DNA of 64,000 bases. Origin: Octopus vulgaris. Its lineage: Eukaryota. Below the pieces are notes generated by a model. It ran no database searches. It had not been told where the DNA came from and saw nothing but the letters and a program-made list of their open reading frames with translations. Location: positions 41,540,001 through 41,604,000 of the forward strand of contig OX597823.1 of the NCBI GenBank assembly GCA_951406725.2, written 5' to 3'. Shown in pieces: positions 26,262 through 39,363 of the stretch. The first letter of the stretch is position 1. Each line of letters opens with the position of its first letter. Made by a program: the position numbers and the translations under genes.

Positions 26262-26674
26262 GGAGTGGCTGTGTGGTAAGTAGCTTGTTTACCAACCACA
26301 TGGTTCCAGGCTCAGTCCCACTGCGTGGCACCTTGAGCAAGTGTCTTCTACTGTAGCCTCGGGCCGACCAAAGCCTTGTGAGTGGATTTGGTAGACGGAA
26401 ACTGAAAGAAGCCCGTTGTATATATGTATATATATATATATATATGTGTGTGCATGTATGTTTGTGTGTCTGTGTTTGTCCCATCCAACATCGCTTGAGA
26501 ACCGATGCTGGTGTGTTTATGTCTCCGTCACTTAGCAGTTCAGCAAAAGAGACCGATAGAATAAGTACTGGGCTTACAAAGAATAAGTCCTGGGATCGAG
26601 TTGCTCGATTAAAGGCGGTGCTCCAGCATGGCTGCAGTCAAATGACTGAAACAAGTGAAAGAGAGTAAAAGAGT
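26262..26674 (+). mobile_element. SINE family B, full length, young
   Basis: ggagtggctgtgtggtaagtagcttg...cactgcgtggcaccttgagcaagtgtc...aaggcggtgctccagcatggctgcagtcaaatgactgaaac; CpGs retained. Confidence 0.9.
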
Positions 26675-28039
26675 TAAGTGTACAACTACTACTATATGAG
26701 TTAGAGCTCAATGTACATCTCTGTAACAGAATACTATAAAGTGTTCCCCTGATTATCCATCACAGTTAGGCATCCATATGCACTTGGAACTTCCAGTGCC
26801 AAGTTCGAAATAACTGCAATGGTGAAATGTAGCAAGGAACCAATGATTTATACTTATGGTTATCTTGTGATATGTGTGTGTGTGAAAGAGAAAGAGAGAG
26901 ATTCAGTGGTTTAAGATTTAAGAGATTGAAAGGTGACCATATTGCCACAGTCCAAATATTTGACCTTGTCTTGATTTTGATCCACAGATAAAACCTTCAA
27001 TCGTTTGACATTTCACTGCTACTTCACGGTTGAGTTGGTAGCAAATGGAAAAGCATCCAACTGTAAAAATAATGGCTTGATCAAAATTATCACACTTAAT
27101 AATTAACTTGATGCACTGGGAATGATCTAATGAACTATACACCATCCTCATCAATGTTGCCATTATTATCAACATTGTTGTTGTCATTATTGTCATCACC
27201 ATATGAACAGCACTTCATTATCATTATCATCATCATCATCATTGAAGTGCTAACAATTCAATTTTCTTCAAGTTGAAAGAGGTTGGATGGGTTGGTTACA
27301 CAGAATATCATCACTCTCTTACAAATATCAGGTGTTGTCAAGACAAAGAGATACAAACACACGCACACACATACATGCGCCCATGAATATGTGTGTGTGT
27401 GTGTGACTGACTTCTTTCAGCTTCTGTATATAAGATCTGCTCTCCAACTCCAGTCAACCCAGGGCTGTAGTAGAAGATACTCAAAGCCCTGCACTGTGCA
27501 ACTACATGAGTTGGGAAGCAAACTTCTTAACCACATAGCTATGCCTGCCCCTCCTACACACACATATGCACATACGCCCACACACATGTATGTATCATCA
27601 GCATCATCATTAAATGTCTGTTTTCCTTGGTGGCATGAGTTAGGCCGCTTGACAGGAACTAACGAGTGATAAGACTGCATCATGCTCCAGTGTCTCTTTT
27701 GGGCACAGTTTCTACAGTTTGATGCCCTTCCTAATGCTAAACTTGACTATCATCTGACTGATGGTCAGATTTTGAATCCAACAAACAACTATACTCAGAA
27801 ACAGGGATGCATCCTGTTACTTGTATGTTCCAGCAGCATCAGTTTAGACTCTTTCAGAGCAGTGTCCCAGTATGGCCACAGTTTCATTACTGATGCAAGT
27901 AAAAGATAAATGATGCATAGCTATATTTTGGGATGGTCATTTTTCTTTTTTAGCCAAATAAACACCCACACAGTATTTGTTTCACACACAAATTCACATC
28001 AGGAATCTTGCAAAACAAATTTATAAACATAAAAGCAAA

Positions 28040-28075
<36 letters not shown>

Positions 28076-28078
<3 letters not shown>

Positions 28079-28508
28079 CATGACTGTGTGGTAAGAAGCT
28101 TGCTTCCCAACCACATAGTTCTGGATTCAGTCCCACTGCATGACACCTTTGGCAAGCATCTTTTTCTATAGCCTCAGGCTGACCAAAGCCTTGTGAGTGG
28201 ATTTGGTAGATATTGTATATATATATATATATGTATATTTATGTGGATTTGTACACATTCTATATATATTTACGTATGCATGTATTTACATGTGTATATC
28301 TGTGTTTGTCTTCCCTGCCATCACTTGACAACCGATGCTGGTTGTTTATGTCCCTGTAACTTAGCAGTTTGGCCAAAGTGACCAATAGAATAAGAACTAG
28401 GCTTTGAAAGAATAAGTCCTGGGGTCAATTTTTTTCAACTAAATCCATTTAAGGCAGTGCTCCAGCATGGCCACAGTCAAATGACTGAAAAAAGTAAAAG
28501 AATAAAAG
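28076..28508 (+). mobile_element. SINE family B
   Basis: Homologous to 26262-26674. Confidence 0.85.
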
Positions 28509-28560
28509 TATATATATATATGTTTTAATGGACCTCTTTCTAGCATGACAGATAACCATC

Positions 28561-28593
<33 letters not shown>

Positions 28594-29212
28594 AATTATT
28601 AAATAACAAGAGAAGAATAAAATATGCATGGGATGAAATATTTAAACTAATTCCTCTTGTTATTCTCTTCTTATTTAATCATACGTACTCTATGATTATT
28701 ATAACCTGAGCACGTGTACCATATGATTATCCAGGCAGCAACATGAATCCATCCTCTTGCTGAAAATATTGGAGTGCAGTAGAGCATATAGAGTTGTAAA
28801 TAATGGTTATATGTCATGCTCTCATGCTCTATAGAGGTACATTAATAACATATGCATCACTTGCAAAATTTTCACTCGTGATCCCATGGACTTTATTTGC
28901 CTATCTAGTTTGAGTCAAAACAAAAGGACCTCTTGAATTCTCTTCTATCTTACGAACAACATTACTGTGTGATTTTCCTAGATTTTTACCTATCTATGCT
29001 GAATCTCTATGAACTTTTACCCTCTGGATTTTCTTGGATTCCTGAGATATTTATATAGTTTTGTTCACTTCTGTATAAATATGTTATGATTGACTTGATG
29101 TCTTGCAACTACCTGTTCATATTCTATTTTATTATACTTGTATGTTTCAGAAGTTTGCACTCCGACTGAATTGGTTCAGGTTCAGTCACACTGCTCAGTA
29201 CATTGAACAAGT

Positions 29213-29780
29213 TTCTCATTATTATAAGCTGACAAAGTGAGTTGAGTTTAACTCTCAATGAGAATTAAAATGCCCTGCATCAAAATTCGAAATCACTGGT
29301 GATATGGCCATGTCTGAAAAGGGAGCTTGTCTCCCTTCTCACTCACTAAGATAGCGCTCTTTTGGCTGAGGAGTCGGTTTTGTCTTTTATTTCTAGCAAT
29401 GCTGGTACCTCTTAGTACCCTCTGTCACTTTAGTGACATCTGTAAAATTGCTTTTAAATTGTTAAATCGCTAATAAACTACCCATATTATTTATAATTTT
29501 CACTTTTACTATTTTCAAAATCAGCACATAAGTTCAACGATTTTCTTATAAGCTGACAAGGTGAATTGAATTTAACCTCAGGCACAGTAAGAGCCACGAA
29601 TGAGAATTAAGATGCTCTGCATCAAAATTTAAAGTCACTAGTAGTATGGCTATGTATGAAGAGGGAGCTTGTCTCCCTTGTCAGTCATTAAGATAATGCT
29701 CTTTTGGCTAGTGAGTCTGTTTTCATTCTTATTTCTAGCAATGTGAGTACTGCTTTGTTAGTACCCTCTGTTACTTTATT
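29213..29780 (+). repeat. Tandem direct repeat (period ~330 bp), each unit with a hammerhead-like motif
   Basis: ttataagctgacaa..gagaattaa.atgc.ctgcatcaaaatt..gggagcttgtctccctt..ttagtaccctctgt.acttta at 29213-29431 and 29541-29780. Confidence 0.85.
29592..29651 (+). ncRNA. Degenerate type-I hammerhead motif (sister copy at 29256-29309)
   Basis: Stem I agcca/tggct; core cgaATGA; stem II gaatt-aa-gatgc-tct-gcatc-aa-aatt(c); the sister copy retains GAAA and stem III atcac-tg-gtgat with triplet AUA. Confidence 0.5.
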
Positions 29781-29807
29781 GATCTCTCTGTCTCTCTTTT
29801 TCTTTCC

Positions 29808-29841
<34 letters not shown>

Positions 29842-30118
29842 TGGTAAAAACGGTAAGATAGCAAAAGAAAGAAAGAGACCTCAATAGTTATGTAAATAGA
29901 GGAATTTATCTGTAAAATATGTGACAATTATTCGGTAGCCAAAATAAAACTCTGAGTTTCGAATGTCGAGGTGGAAATCCACACCACCATCTTTTCAGTT
30001 ATCCGGCCATCTGAAAAACGCCATCTGAAAAACCCGTTTTTCAGATGGCCAGATAACCGAAGAGATGGTGCATCCGAAACTCAGAGTTTTATCTTGGTTA
30101 CCAAATAATTGTCACACA
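29842..30118. mobile_element. Palindromic element between (TA)n tracts carrying two oppositely oriented hammerhead motifs (Penelope pLTR/retrozyme-like)
   Basis: Arms ~29920-30020 and ~30035-30115 are reverse complements. Confidence 0.75.
30049..30097 (+). ncRNA. Type-I hammerhead ribozyme-like motif
   Basis: Stem I agataa/ttatct; core CcGAAGA; stem II gatg-gtg-catc; cGAAA; stem III actc-a-gagt; triplet GUU. The mirror copy on the minus strand (29942-30004) has core CTGAAaA. Confidence 0.6.
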
Positions 30119-30369
30119 TATATATATATATGTATATTCTGTAGATGTATGTGTATGTACAGGTGTGTACATGTCTGTATATATAAGCACAAGCTTTTTG
30201 TATGTATAGAAACATGGTTTCAGGTTCCATCCTATTATATGACACTTTGGGCAGCGTGTCCTAGTATACCTTTGGGCCAACCAAAACTATGTGAGTGGAT
30301 TTGAAAGAGGTGTACTGAAAGAAGCCCCTTGTCATCAGCACCAAGTATGGAAATTCCCCACGTAATATA

Positions 30370-30585
30370 TTGGTTTCAAGTTTTGGCACAAGGCTAGCAA
30401 GTTTGGGGGAAGGGGGTAAATTGATTACATCAACCCCAGTGCTCAACTGGTACTTATTTTATTGAACCCAGGAGATGCAAGGTAAAGTTAACCTTGGTGG
30501 AATTTGAACTCAGAACATAAAAGACAGACAAAATATCACTAAGGATTTTGCCCAACTTGCTAAAAACTCTGCCAGCTTGCCACTC
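30370..30585 (-). mobile_element. SINE family A
   Basis: ggtttcaagttttggcacaagg...gaatttgaactcagaac...ctgccagcttgcc. Confidence 0.8.
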
Positions 30586-30824
30586 TAGTGTCCTACATAA
30601 TATATAGACAATGTCTAGTGATGTTATTTTTTTTTTCCCTGTATTATATATTTGTATAAGTCTTAGGGTTTGGCTTTGTGCTTCCGATATCCTTTTATAG
30701 CATTTACTTTCATTTCACTACATTTCGACTGTGTGACCTATACACTCTGATTCCTTCTGCCTCAAAGAATTATATATCAATCATTGTTTGAAACTGGTTG
30801 GCTCAACTGAGCCAATCATTATTA

Positions 30825-31030
30825 TGGTAGTGGATTGGCAGAAACATTAGAATGTAGGTAAAAAGTGCCTTCTTGTATTTCTTCCAGCTCTTTATACTGT
30901 AAGTTCAAATCCTTCCAAGGTCAACTTTGCCTTTCATCCCTCTGAGGTCCCAAAAATAAGGCACAAATCAAGTACTGACATTGATGGTATTGAGCAACTC
31001 TCTCTCATCAAAGGTTGTTGGCCTTGTACC
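30825..31030 (+). mobile_element. SINE family A, old
   Basis: ggattggcagaaacattag...gttcaaatcc..aggtcaactttgcctttcatccc. Confidence 0.7.
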
Positions 31031-31109
31031 CAAGCAGATATTATGGCAAATGTTTTAGAATTCATTTGGCTTATTATTGTGATAATTGGTGTTTTGTTCT
31101 GCAAATGGA

Positions 31110-31110
<1 letters not shown>

Positions 31111-31180
<70 letters not shown>

Positions 31181-31272
31181 TGTATGTATGTATGTATGTA
31201 TGTATGTATGTATGTATGTATGTATGTATGTATGAATGATGTATGAATGAATGAATGAATGAATGAATGAAT
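31111..31272. repeat. (TA)n(TATG)n(TGAA)n compound microsatellite
   Basis: Direct reading. Confidence 0.95.
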
Positions 31273-31575
31273 GATAATCAAAGTGTACATATATATATAT
31301 ATCCATCACAGCTGATCTTACTAATAATTTTCACACTTGGGACTTAATGGAGTATTAGGTAACATTCCAATTATATAACCTTGTGCTCTTCAGAAATGGC
31401 AGTTATGGAATGAAATATGCAGACTGCTCTCTATTGTTGGAGGTGAACAGACACATCTGTTTGTCTTGATACCAATAAGATACACATACGTGTGTGTTTA
31501 TCATTATCTAAGATACAAGAGCTGTTTCAACTCAGAATTTCACCTGAACAATCTTGAAAGCCAAATATAAAAACA

Positions 31576-31621
<46 letters not shown>

Positions 31622-31721
31622 TCATAAATGAGGGTGAAAAATTAGATATTAATTTAATAATACTGTCAGTTTAACACCAAGTGGCCTAGCACATAAAAAA
31701 CCAGGGAGACAGTACAAATTT

Positions 31722-31978
31722 ATACATAAATATAAGAGAGTTAACGTTAAGTGGTTAACTCTAGTGCTAGAAATAGCTCCTTATTCTGGTATAGCCACCG
31801 AAGTTGTTTCCACTGAAGAAATAACATTACCTTCAACGTAAGGGAAGCGAAATACAACGAAAAGATAGATTAATGCTGAACAATTGTTTCTTTATCAACA
31901 TAATATGCAATTATACTCACGAGCTATTTCTAGCACTAGAGTTAACCACTTAACGTTAGCTCTCTTATATTTATATAT
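31722..31978. repeat. Fold-back element with ~58-bp near-perfect inverted arms
   Basis: ataaatataagagagttaacgttaagtggttaactctagtgctagaaatagctc / gagctatttctagcactagagttaaccacttaacgttagctctcttatattta. Confidence 0.85.
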
Positions 31979-33080
31979 ATACATATATATATATATATGG
32001 AAATATATAAATCACTGCTTCCTTCTTCATGTCATACTCTCTGAACCTCAAACATTTCCTTTCCAAAGTCTTTATCACTACAAGGTATTACAGGAATCTG
32101 TGCTGTCCCATTGGTTAACCTTCACTTCTTCAATAACAAAATGTTCTAAGTTTCTAAGTTTTCTCACTCACATTTTCATTTTATTCCTCAGGTTATCACT
32201 CTTTCTCTCCCCATGTGTGTGAGTGTGTGTGTGCATTTATACATACATACATACATTAATTTTACTGTATAGCTTTTTTTGCTTTGTATTTCTTATCTAA
32301 GAATTAGATATATCTGAATTTAAATGTGAGATATTTTTAACAGAAAATAAATAATTTATGAAAAATTCTAATGAACTTGCACTTAAAAATCAATAAACGA
32401 AAAAATTTTACCCAAATTATAAGTAGAGAAGTGGAGGCTCTTTTTTTCTTAGACATCTACAACCAAATGGAAATATTTAGAGCTACACACTCATGATATT
32501 GTTATTTCTGAAGTTTTCAATCAGCAGAAATTGCACTCACATACACACAGAAGACATCAATTATCTCACCCTCTCCTCTACCATACTTCATTTTAAATAT
32601 CTCTCATATCTGCTTTTATTCTCAAAATCCTCTCATATTCACTCCGGCTCACTATAGCCACCCTGATATACTTCTAAATCTGCTTCCCACTGTTCCTATA
32701 TGTTGCACACAATTTTCATGACCTTTCCTCATCTCTAAGCCACTTTAATCCTTCTTGCCTTCACCCACCCATGCACCCCAATATTGGTATTTTCCATAAG
32801 TTGCACCCACCTTTACCATTGTCTCTTATGTAAATTCGTAATGTAAATCTATAGATATGCACACCTTAAAAGTGTGTCATTATATATAAATATATTATCA
32901 AGTGGATATCAGTGTATGATGCTTCCATATACTATGCATAAGGAGATATACACACACACACACACATACATACATACACACATAAATACGTACGTACATA
33001 CATACATATATATGTATGTATGTATGTGTGTGTATATATATATATATTTGTGTGTGTGGAAAACAAATGTTAAATGATGA

Positions 33081-33118
<38 letters not shown>

Positions 33119-35129
33119 TATATACCCATACGTACATACATACATACATACATACATACATACATACATACATACATACATACATACACATGTTTATGTG
33201 TGTATAAAGATATACATATATATATATGTACGTATATACTTGTATATATACACACACATATTGTTATATGGGGGTGTGCATATATGTATGTTTCTTTCTG
33301 TCTAATGTATGTGCATGTGTCTATGTGGGAATAAATATAGCTACATATATGTGTGTCTGTGTGTAATAATGTCTACATGTATGGAATTATGTAAATATGG
33401 ATACAACTACGTACACATCTATAAAGCATGCCTGTGTGGGCTTGTTAGTAGAATTTAAAACCTACACTAATTGAGCCATAACATGAATTTTGAGTGCCAT
33501 TATTGGTTATTAGTTTTGATGTTAGTAAGATTGAAAAATAACAATTAGTAGTAGCAGTAATAGCAGGGTTTGTCTGGACAGCTCCAGATACTTCTTCCAA
33601 ATAGTGATTTGGTTGGCTAACTTGTCAGAGACAGATAGGTTCTGACAAGTAAGCCAAGCACTGATAGCATTGTCATAAGATGTTTGACAAATGTGAGATG
33701 GATTGTTAATCTAAGATTATATAAACATTACGTACTCTAGAATCTGTGGTGTAGAATGGTGGCGGTTTCTCGGTTGATGGAGATGAAACTTTTAATGGAC
33801 AAGGTTGAGAGTGGATAAAATAAATAATAAAACTAAACTAATATTTATTTTATTTGGAACATATTTAAGGGTTGTTTAGTTAGATAAATTAATCTATAGA
33901 TATCTATTTGCGTCTGTTAGTCTGCAAATTTATCAGTCTGGGAATAATATTTCTATTTTCACAGACTTATATTAAACACAACTATGAAGTTAGCAACAGA
34001 AATGACACCAGATTTAACCATTGTTATAATGAAAATATATTGGACAGCAATACATTGTTTCCTCATTCAGTTATCTGAAAATAACTTTAAATAGATAACC
34101 ACATTTTTCAGATTCCTATATTACCAACTATAGACACCCCAGGGCAGGCAGCAGGATATTATGCACACAGAGCCCAATCCTACAATATATACCATCCTCT
34201 CCCAGTCTGTGTCTCCATCTCCTTTTCCTTCAAGGTGATCCCTTGTCTCCAATTTTTTTCTATACCATTCTCCAGAAAAATCATGCAACGGAGTATAACA
34301 CCATGTGACTTTCTCAGTGTGTTCCATCTTTTATTGTTCCAGGTGTTACCTCACCTACTCTCATAATTTATACTATAATAAGGAAAGATCCTTATTAATA
34401 AGTTATGAATATGTAACTTTTACTACAAGAAAGCAATTATTAAAGTCGTCTGTGTGTAGAAAATTCTTGAATTTTTAATATATTTTCAAAATGTGGATTT
34501 GAAGTTTCTTTTATTATTGAGAATTTCAACTATTGAAAACTAATTTTAATTCACTGTGAGGTAACATTTTTAACATTGCAAGATTGTTAACATTCTTTCT
34601 ATTGTGCTTTTTCTCTCTCATACACTTCATGATACTACTATCTATAGACATACCAGTGAAAACATTTCTCCAAATTATAAGTTTAATCCAACATCAGCCA
34701 AATTGTGTTGATTCCAGTATCTTTTCGTATTTGTTGGGTGAGTTTGAAGAAATTGAAACCTAAAGAAGAAAAGTGGTTTAATTTACTTATCTTAGTTGTA
34801 CCAAATATAACCTTGACTTACTAATGTTTCATGTTTTTAATTGGATTAAAAATTATTTTCCATTTAAGTTATTTGCAGTTCTTCTCAATTTTAGCGCCTC
34901 AGAGGATCATATAGTTTACCAAGCATGTAGTGCTGACCTTGAACATATTCTTATTTACCCAGACATTAATCAAATCAGTTCTAAATTATTATGTTATTAA
35001 TCAAATCAACTCTAAATTATTATGTAAACATTAAGTATTCCTACAGCATGTTATCCACAAATACACTTACTCATATGTGGCTGCTCAGTCTCCTAAAATA
35101 ATCACCAAATAATCAAAATTATAAATTAT

Positions 35130-35545
35130 TGTAGGTGCAGATGTATCTGTGGGGTTAAGAAGTTTGCTTGCCAACTACACAGTTTCAAATTCTGTCTCAC
35201 TACATGCCACTTTGGGCAAGAGTCCTAAACTGACCAATATATATTGTTGGTGAATTTCATTGATGAAAACTGAAAAGAAGCCCATCAAATGTGGATGTGT
35301 GTGTATCTCTTCATCTTAGCATTGTGTACTAATTGTAAACAAATGTCATAGTTGTATAAGTGATTTTCTCATTTTGCAATCTTCCATGAAAATGTATTTG
35401 GATTAAGGGTAATATATGATCCTACTTGGAAACAGATGGCTGGCATGTGCAGAGCATCCAGCCATATACAAAAATCTGCCTCAACACACTTGCTCTGATC
35501 CATGCAAGCATAGAGAAATATATGTTAAAATGATGGCAACAATGA
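35130..35545 (+). mobile_element. Composite SINE: family B head plus tail D, old
   Basis: gtggggttaagaagtttgcttgcc...ttgggcaag...gcatccagcc..aaaatctgcctc...gttaaaatgatg. Confidence 0.6.
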
Positions 35546-36787
35546 CGATTATGATGGTGGAGACAACAGTTTTAATATCTTGCTTGTTACAGATTTAAAA
35601 ACAAGTCTGTTTTCACTAAAACTAATTTATCAATTAATTTTCCTTTGTACTAAATTTACAAGCTTCCACTCACCCCTGCCCTCAGCACTGTCTCTCACTT
35701 TTTAAGTTCTACCTTTCCAAACACTGCTAACAACACTACTGTAACCAACACATGCATGCACATACTCCTATTACAGTAAGAACAGTAGCAGGAATGCAGA
35801 AAACAGCATCAGCAGTGTCATCATTGCTACTATGACAACTGTAACCATTATCAATGCTCTTTTCACCATCTTTAGCTTCAGTACTAGAGTTAAAAACCGC
35901 CGCCGCCACTACCACCACCACCACCACCACAAAGTAAAAACAACGAAATTAGCTACATATTTTATTATTCCATCTATCATGAACACTATTAACTCTCCAG
36001 AATAATTACCTGAACATGAGTGCAGTGGACTGGCAGAATCATTGGAGCACTTGGCATAATTCCTTTCGGTTCTTTTCTGCTCTAATTTGAAATCCAGCTG
36101 AGGTCAACTTTGCTTTCCATTCCATTCTGCCTCAACACACCAACATTGGAGTTAATGGGAACAACATACCTACTTCCCAATTGCCTTGAAGTACTCACTC
36201 CAACTCTCTACATTCTATGATCAGTTCTTACCAAAGTCAACTTCACCTTTTATTCTTTTCAGGGTCAATAAATAAAGGACCAGTGTTGGGATCACTTCAT
36301 TTCTGTCTTTCTCTCTTGTTTTCAACCTATCTTTCTCTGTTTTGGAAGAAATTGTTTGTAGATTGACCAGGAGAAGAACAGTATATGTCTGTTCTAAAAG
36401 AATTCTCAGGTTTTGCTGTATCATAACAATGCCCTGATAACTCTATCAAAGAGTCGAGGGCCCGAAGAGAGGCATTTACTCATATATATGTAGATATAGA
36501 TGTGCAGGCATGGCTCTGTAGTTAAAAAGCTTGCCTGGTTTTGAGTTCAGTTCCACTGCAGGGAACCTTGGGCAAATATCTTCTATAGCCTTGAGCTGAC
36601 CAATACCTTGGCAAAAGAGACCAATAGAATACATTGACTAAAGCCTTCAAGTCATTACTCTTGCATAGGTACAGTCCTATGACTGAAACAAGTAAAAGGT
36701 ATAAAAAAATATATAATATATAGTTTACTGCTCTGTTAAAGTAGGATCAACAAAAAAAGTATCCATCTATAGATTAAACATCATTTA

Positions 36788-37015
36788 ATGTAGACTGTAT
36801 TAAAATAAGAGCTACTAATAGTTTCTTGTCATTAAGACATGTGCTCAGGCAAATGTTTTATAATGTATCTGGTGTCTCCAAGCAATCTTTAGGCTCAGAA
36901 CAAACCACATGTTCAGAGCTTGATTGGAGGTACAAGACATATTACATATCATTGCCTAACCACATGTCTTAATGGCAAAAAACTATTAGCTCTTATTTTA
37001 ATGCAGTGCACATTA
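36788..37015. repeat. ~230-bp near-complete palindrome
   Basis: taatgtagactgtattaaaataagagct..cattaagacatgtg..ctccaa mirrored by ttggag..cacatgtcttaatg..agctcttattttaatgcagtgcacatta. Confidence 0.85.
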
Positions 37016-37023
37016 TATATGTG

Positions 37024-37335
37024 TGTGGAGGCACAATGGCCCAGTGGTTAGGGCAGCGGACTCTTCGTTGTAGGATCATGGTTTTGATTCCCAGACCAGG
37101 CGTTGTGAGTGTTTATTGAGTGAAAAACTTAAAGCTCCACAAGGTTCCAGCAGGGGGTGGTGGCGAACCCTGCTGTACTCATTTGCCACAACTTTCTCTC
37201 ACTGTTTTTTCTGTTGGCCTGCTCGCTTAGCCAGCGGGGTGGCATCATTTGAAGGCTAAAACAATGCACTTCGCATTGTGACCAGTGATGTGTAGCAACA
37301 TCTGATAGCCTGGTCAGTCACTGTGATCATGGTGA
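37024..37335 (+). mobile_element. SINE family C (tail type 3)
   Basis: gtggaggcacaatggcccagtggttagggcagcggactc...gattcccagacc head. Confidence 0.85.
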
Positions 37336-38580
37336 TATATTATATATATATATATATATACACAAAATCTTCATCAACATACATTCTTCTATACTAGTGT
37401 GGGCTGGATGGATTAACTTGTTTCTTTGAATTGCTCAACTGACACACCCATCTACAAGTACCTTATTTATATAATGCCAGTGAAAATTAAGTGTCTTGAC
37501 ATATATTCTGTGCAGTGCTAGGGAAGCACTTTAATCTGTAATCCAACACACTTTTAACTAGCTTGGATACAATTCTACTTTCTGCGGGTCTAATATGATT
37601 TTTATGACTGATAGATAACATATTTGTATATTTCATTTTATTTATTCTTTCTAAACAATATTTTCTCTATGTAGTGGGGAATTTAAATATCTTATAACGA
37701 TATTGGTGTATTCTGGGATACATTCCAATATTTGTTGTGTTCATTTTAGAGATTAGGATGTTTGACTTTTTAATATGTGAACGAAAAGGAATGAAGCTGG
37801 TTTTATTGAAATCTGAGATTATTGGCTCTTTTAGTAATATCGTCTTCATTGTTTTACCAATATGTTGTTCATTGTTCATATCAATTTGAGAGTTGCAGTG
37901 ACTGCACCGCAACATATACATACATACATACACACACACATACATAAATACCTGTGTGTGTATGTATGTGTGTTTTTGTGTACACTACTATTCAGTATGC
38001 GTGCTGATATAATTGAAGTCTCTTACTGCAACCATAATAAAGATGTGCAAGGTAAACTTGGTCAGCATCTATTAAATTAATTTCTTCAAGGTTTATAATA
38101 AATGTTTTGTAAACCAGTGTAAAGTTTTGAGTTTAATATGGCAATCAGTGTTGCATCCATTTTCATGTAAATGTACATCTAGGTTAGTCACAATTATATG
38201 AAAGAGAGAAAAAAATTACCTATAGTTTTTTTCTAGAGTTATCTGAGACGTCAGTGTGTCAAGATTCTTAATCAAGGCTCTTAATCAGGACAGGGCACGT
38301 AATTCAATTTAGGTTTCTGCTTTGGGTTTTGTGGTGTTGCTGTAGTGATTTCTTTGGGTTGTATTGAATGTTGCTGGCCTTTCTGTCACTAACCTTTACT
38401 TGTTTCCAAGTAAGATAATATTTTTCCGTAGCCAGACATATTTTCATGGAAGATGGAAAAAGAATGACACCACTTGTATGACAGTAAAACTTGGTCTCAA
38501 CTATTGCAGAATGTTAAAATTAAAACAAGGAAACAGTTACACCCACACTCACCAACATACAAAAATATGCATGCATATGT

Positions 38581-38636
<56 letters not shown>

Positions 38637-39049
38637 CTATAAATGCAATGGACTACTTTTAGTTTCCATCTACCAAATCCACTCACAAGGTGGTTAGTCT
38701 GGAACTATAATTGAAGACATTTTATCAAAGGGTTCACACAGTGGAACTAAACCTGAAATTATATGGGTGGGAAGCAAACTTCCTATTTACACAACCCTTC
38801 TAAAATTATATATTCTGTCTTGGACAATCACTCTGATATGTGACCATCTAGAATACTCATGAAATACTATCTGGAAATCTTACTCATTTTTCTGTGACTG
38901 AGACAAATCTAAACATTTAGTTACACTAAAAATTACACAACGCTAATTGCTTCTTACACTCAAAACTTTTACATTGGTTTACTAAATATTTGTAATAAAA
39001 GCTTGAGATAACTAATTTAATATATACTGACCAAGTTTAGTTTGTTAGT

Positions 39050-39363
39050 GCAGGGTGTCAGACTCACAATCATGAAGTAATGAGTTCAATTCCCAAACTG
39101 GACTGTGTGTTGTGGTCTTGAGCAAGACACTTTATTTCACGTTGCTCCAGTTCACTCAGCTGTAGAAATGAGTTGTGACATCACTGGTGCCAAGCTGTAT
39201 CAGCCTTTACCTTTCCCTTGGATAACATCGGTGGCATGGAGAAGAGAACCCGGTATGCATGGGCGACTGCTGGTTTTCCATAATCAAACTTGCCCAGACT
39301 TGTACCTTGGAGGAGAACTTTCTAGGTGCAAGCCCATGGTCATCCATGACAAAAGGGGGTCTT
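39050..39363 (+). mobile_element. tRNA-headed SINE with CORE/V-like centre (tail type 4)
   Basis: Homologous to 20408-20728. Confidence 0.8.

Noticed and set aside
30934-33334. Many ORFs with YIYI/CMYV/HTYI repeats (also 47.9 kb, 60.7-61.2 kb, 62.2 kb and 63.6 kb)
   Set aside because: Translations of (TA)n, (TATG)n and (CA)n microsatellites; not genes
33965-34078. Strong acceptor followed by a 37-codon frame
   Set aside because: No recognisable protein similarity or donor; length expected by chance
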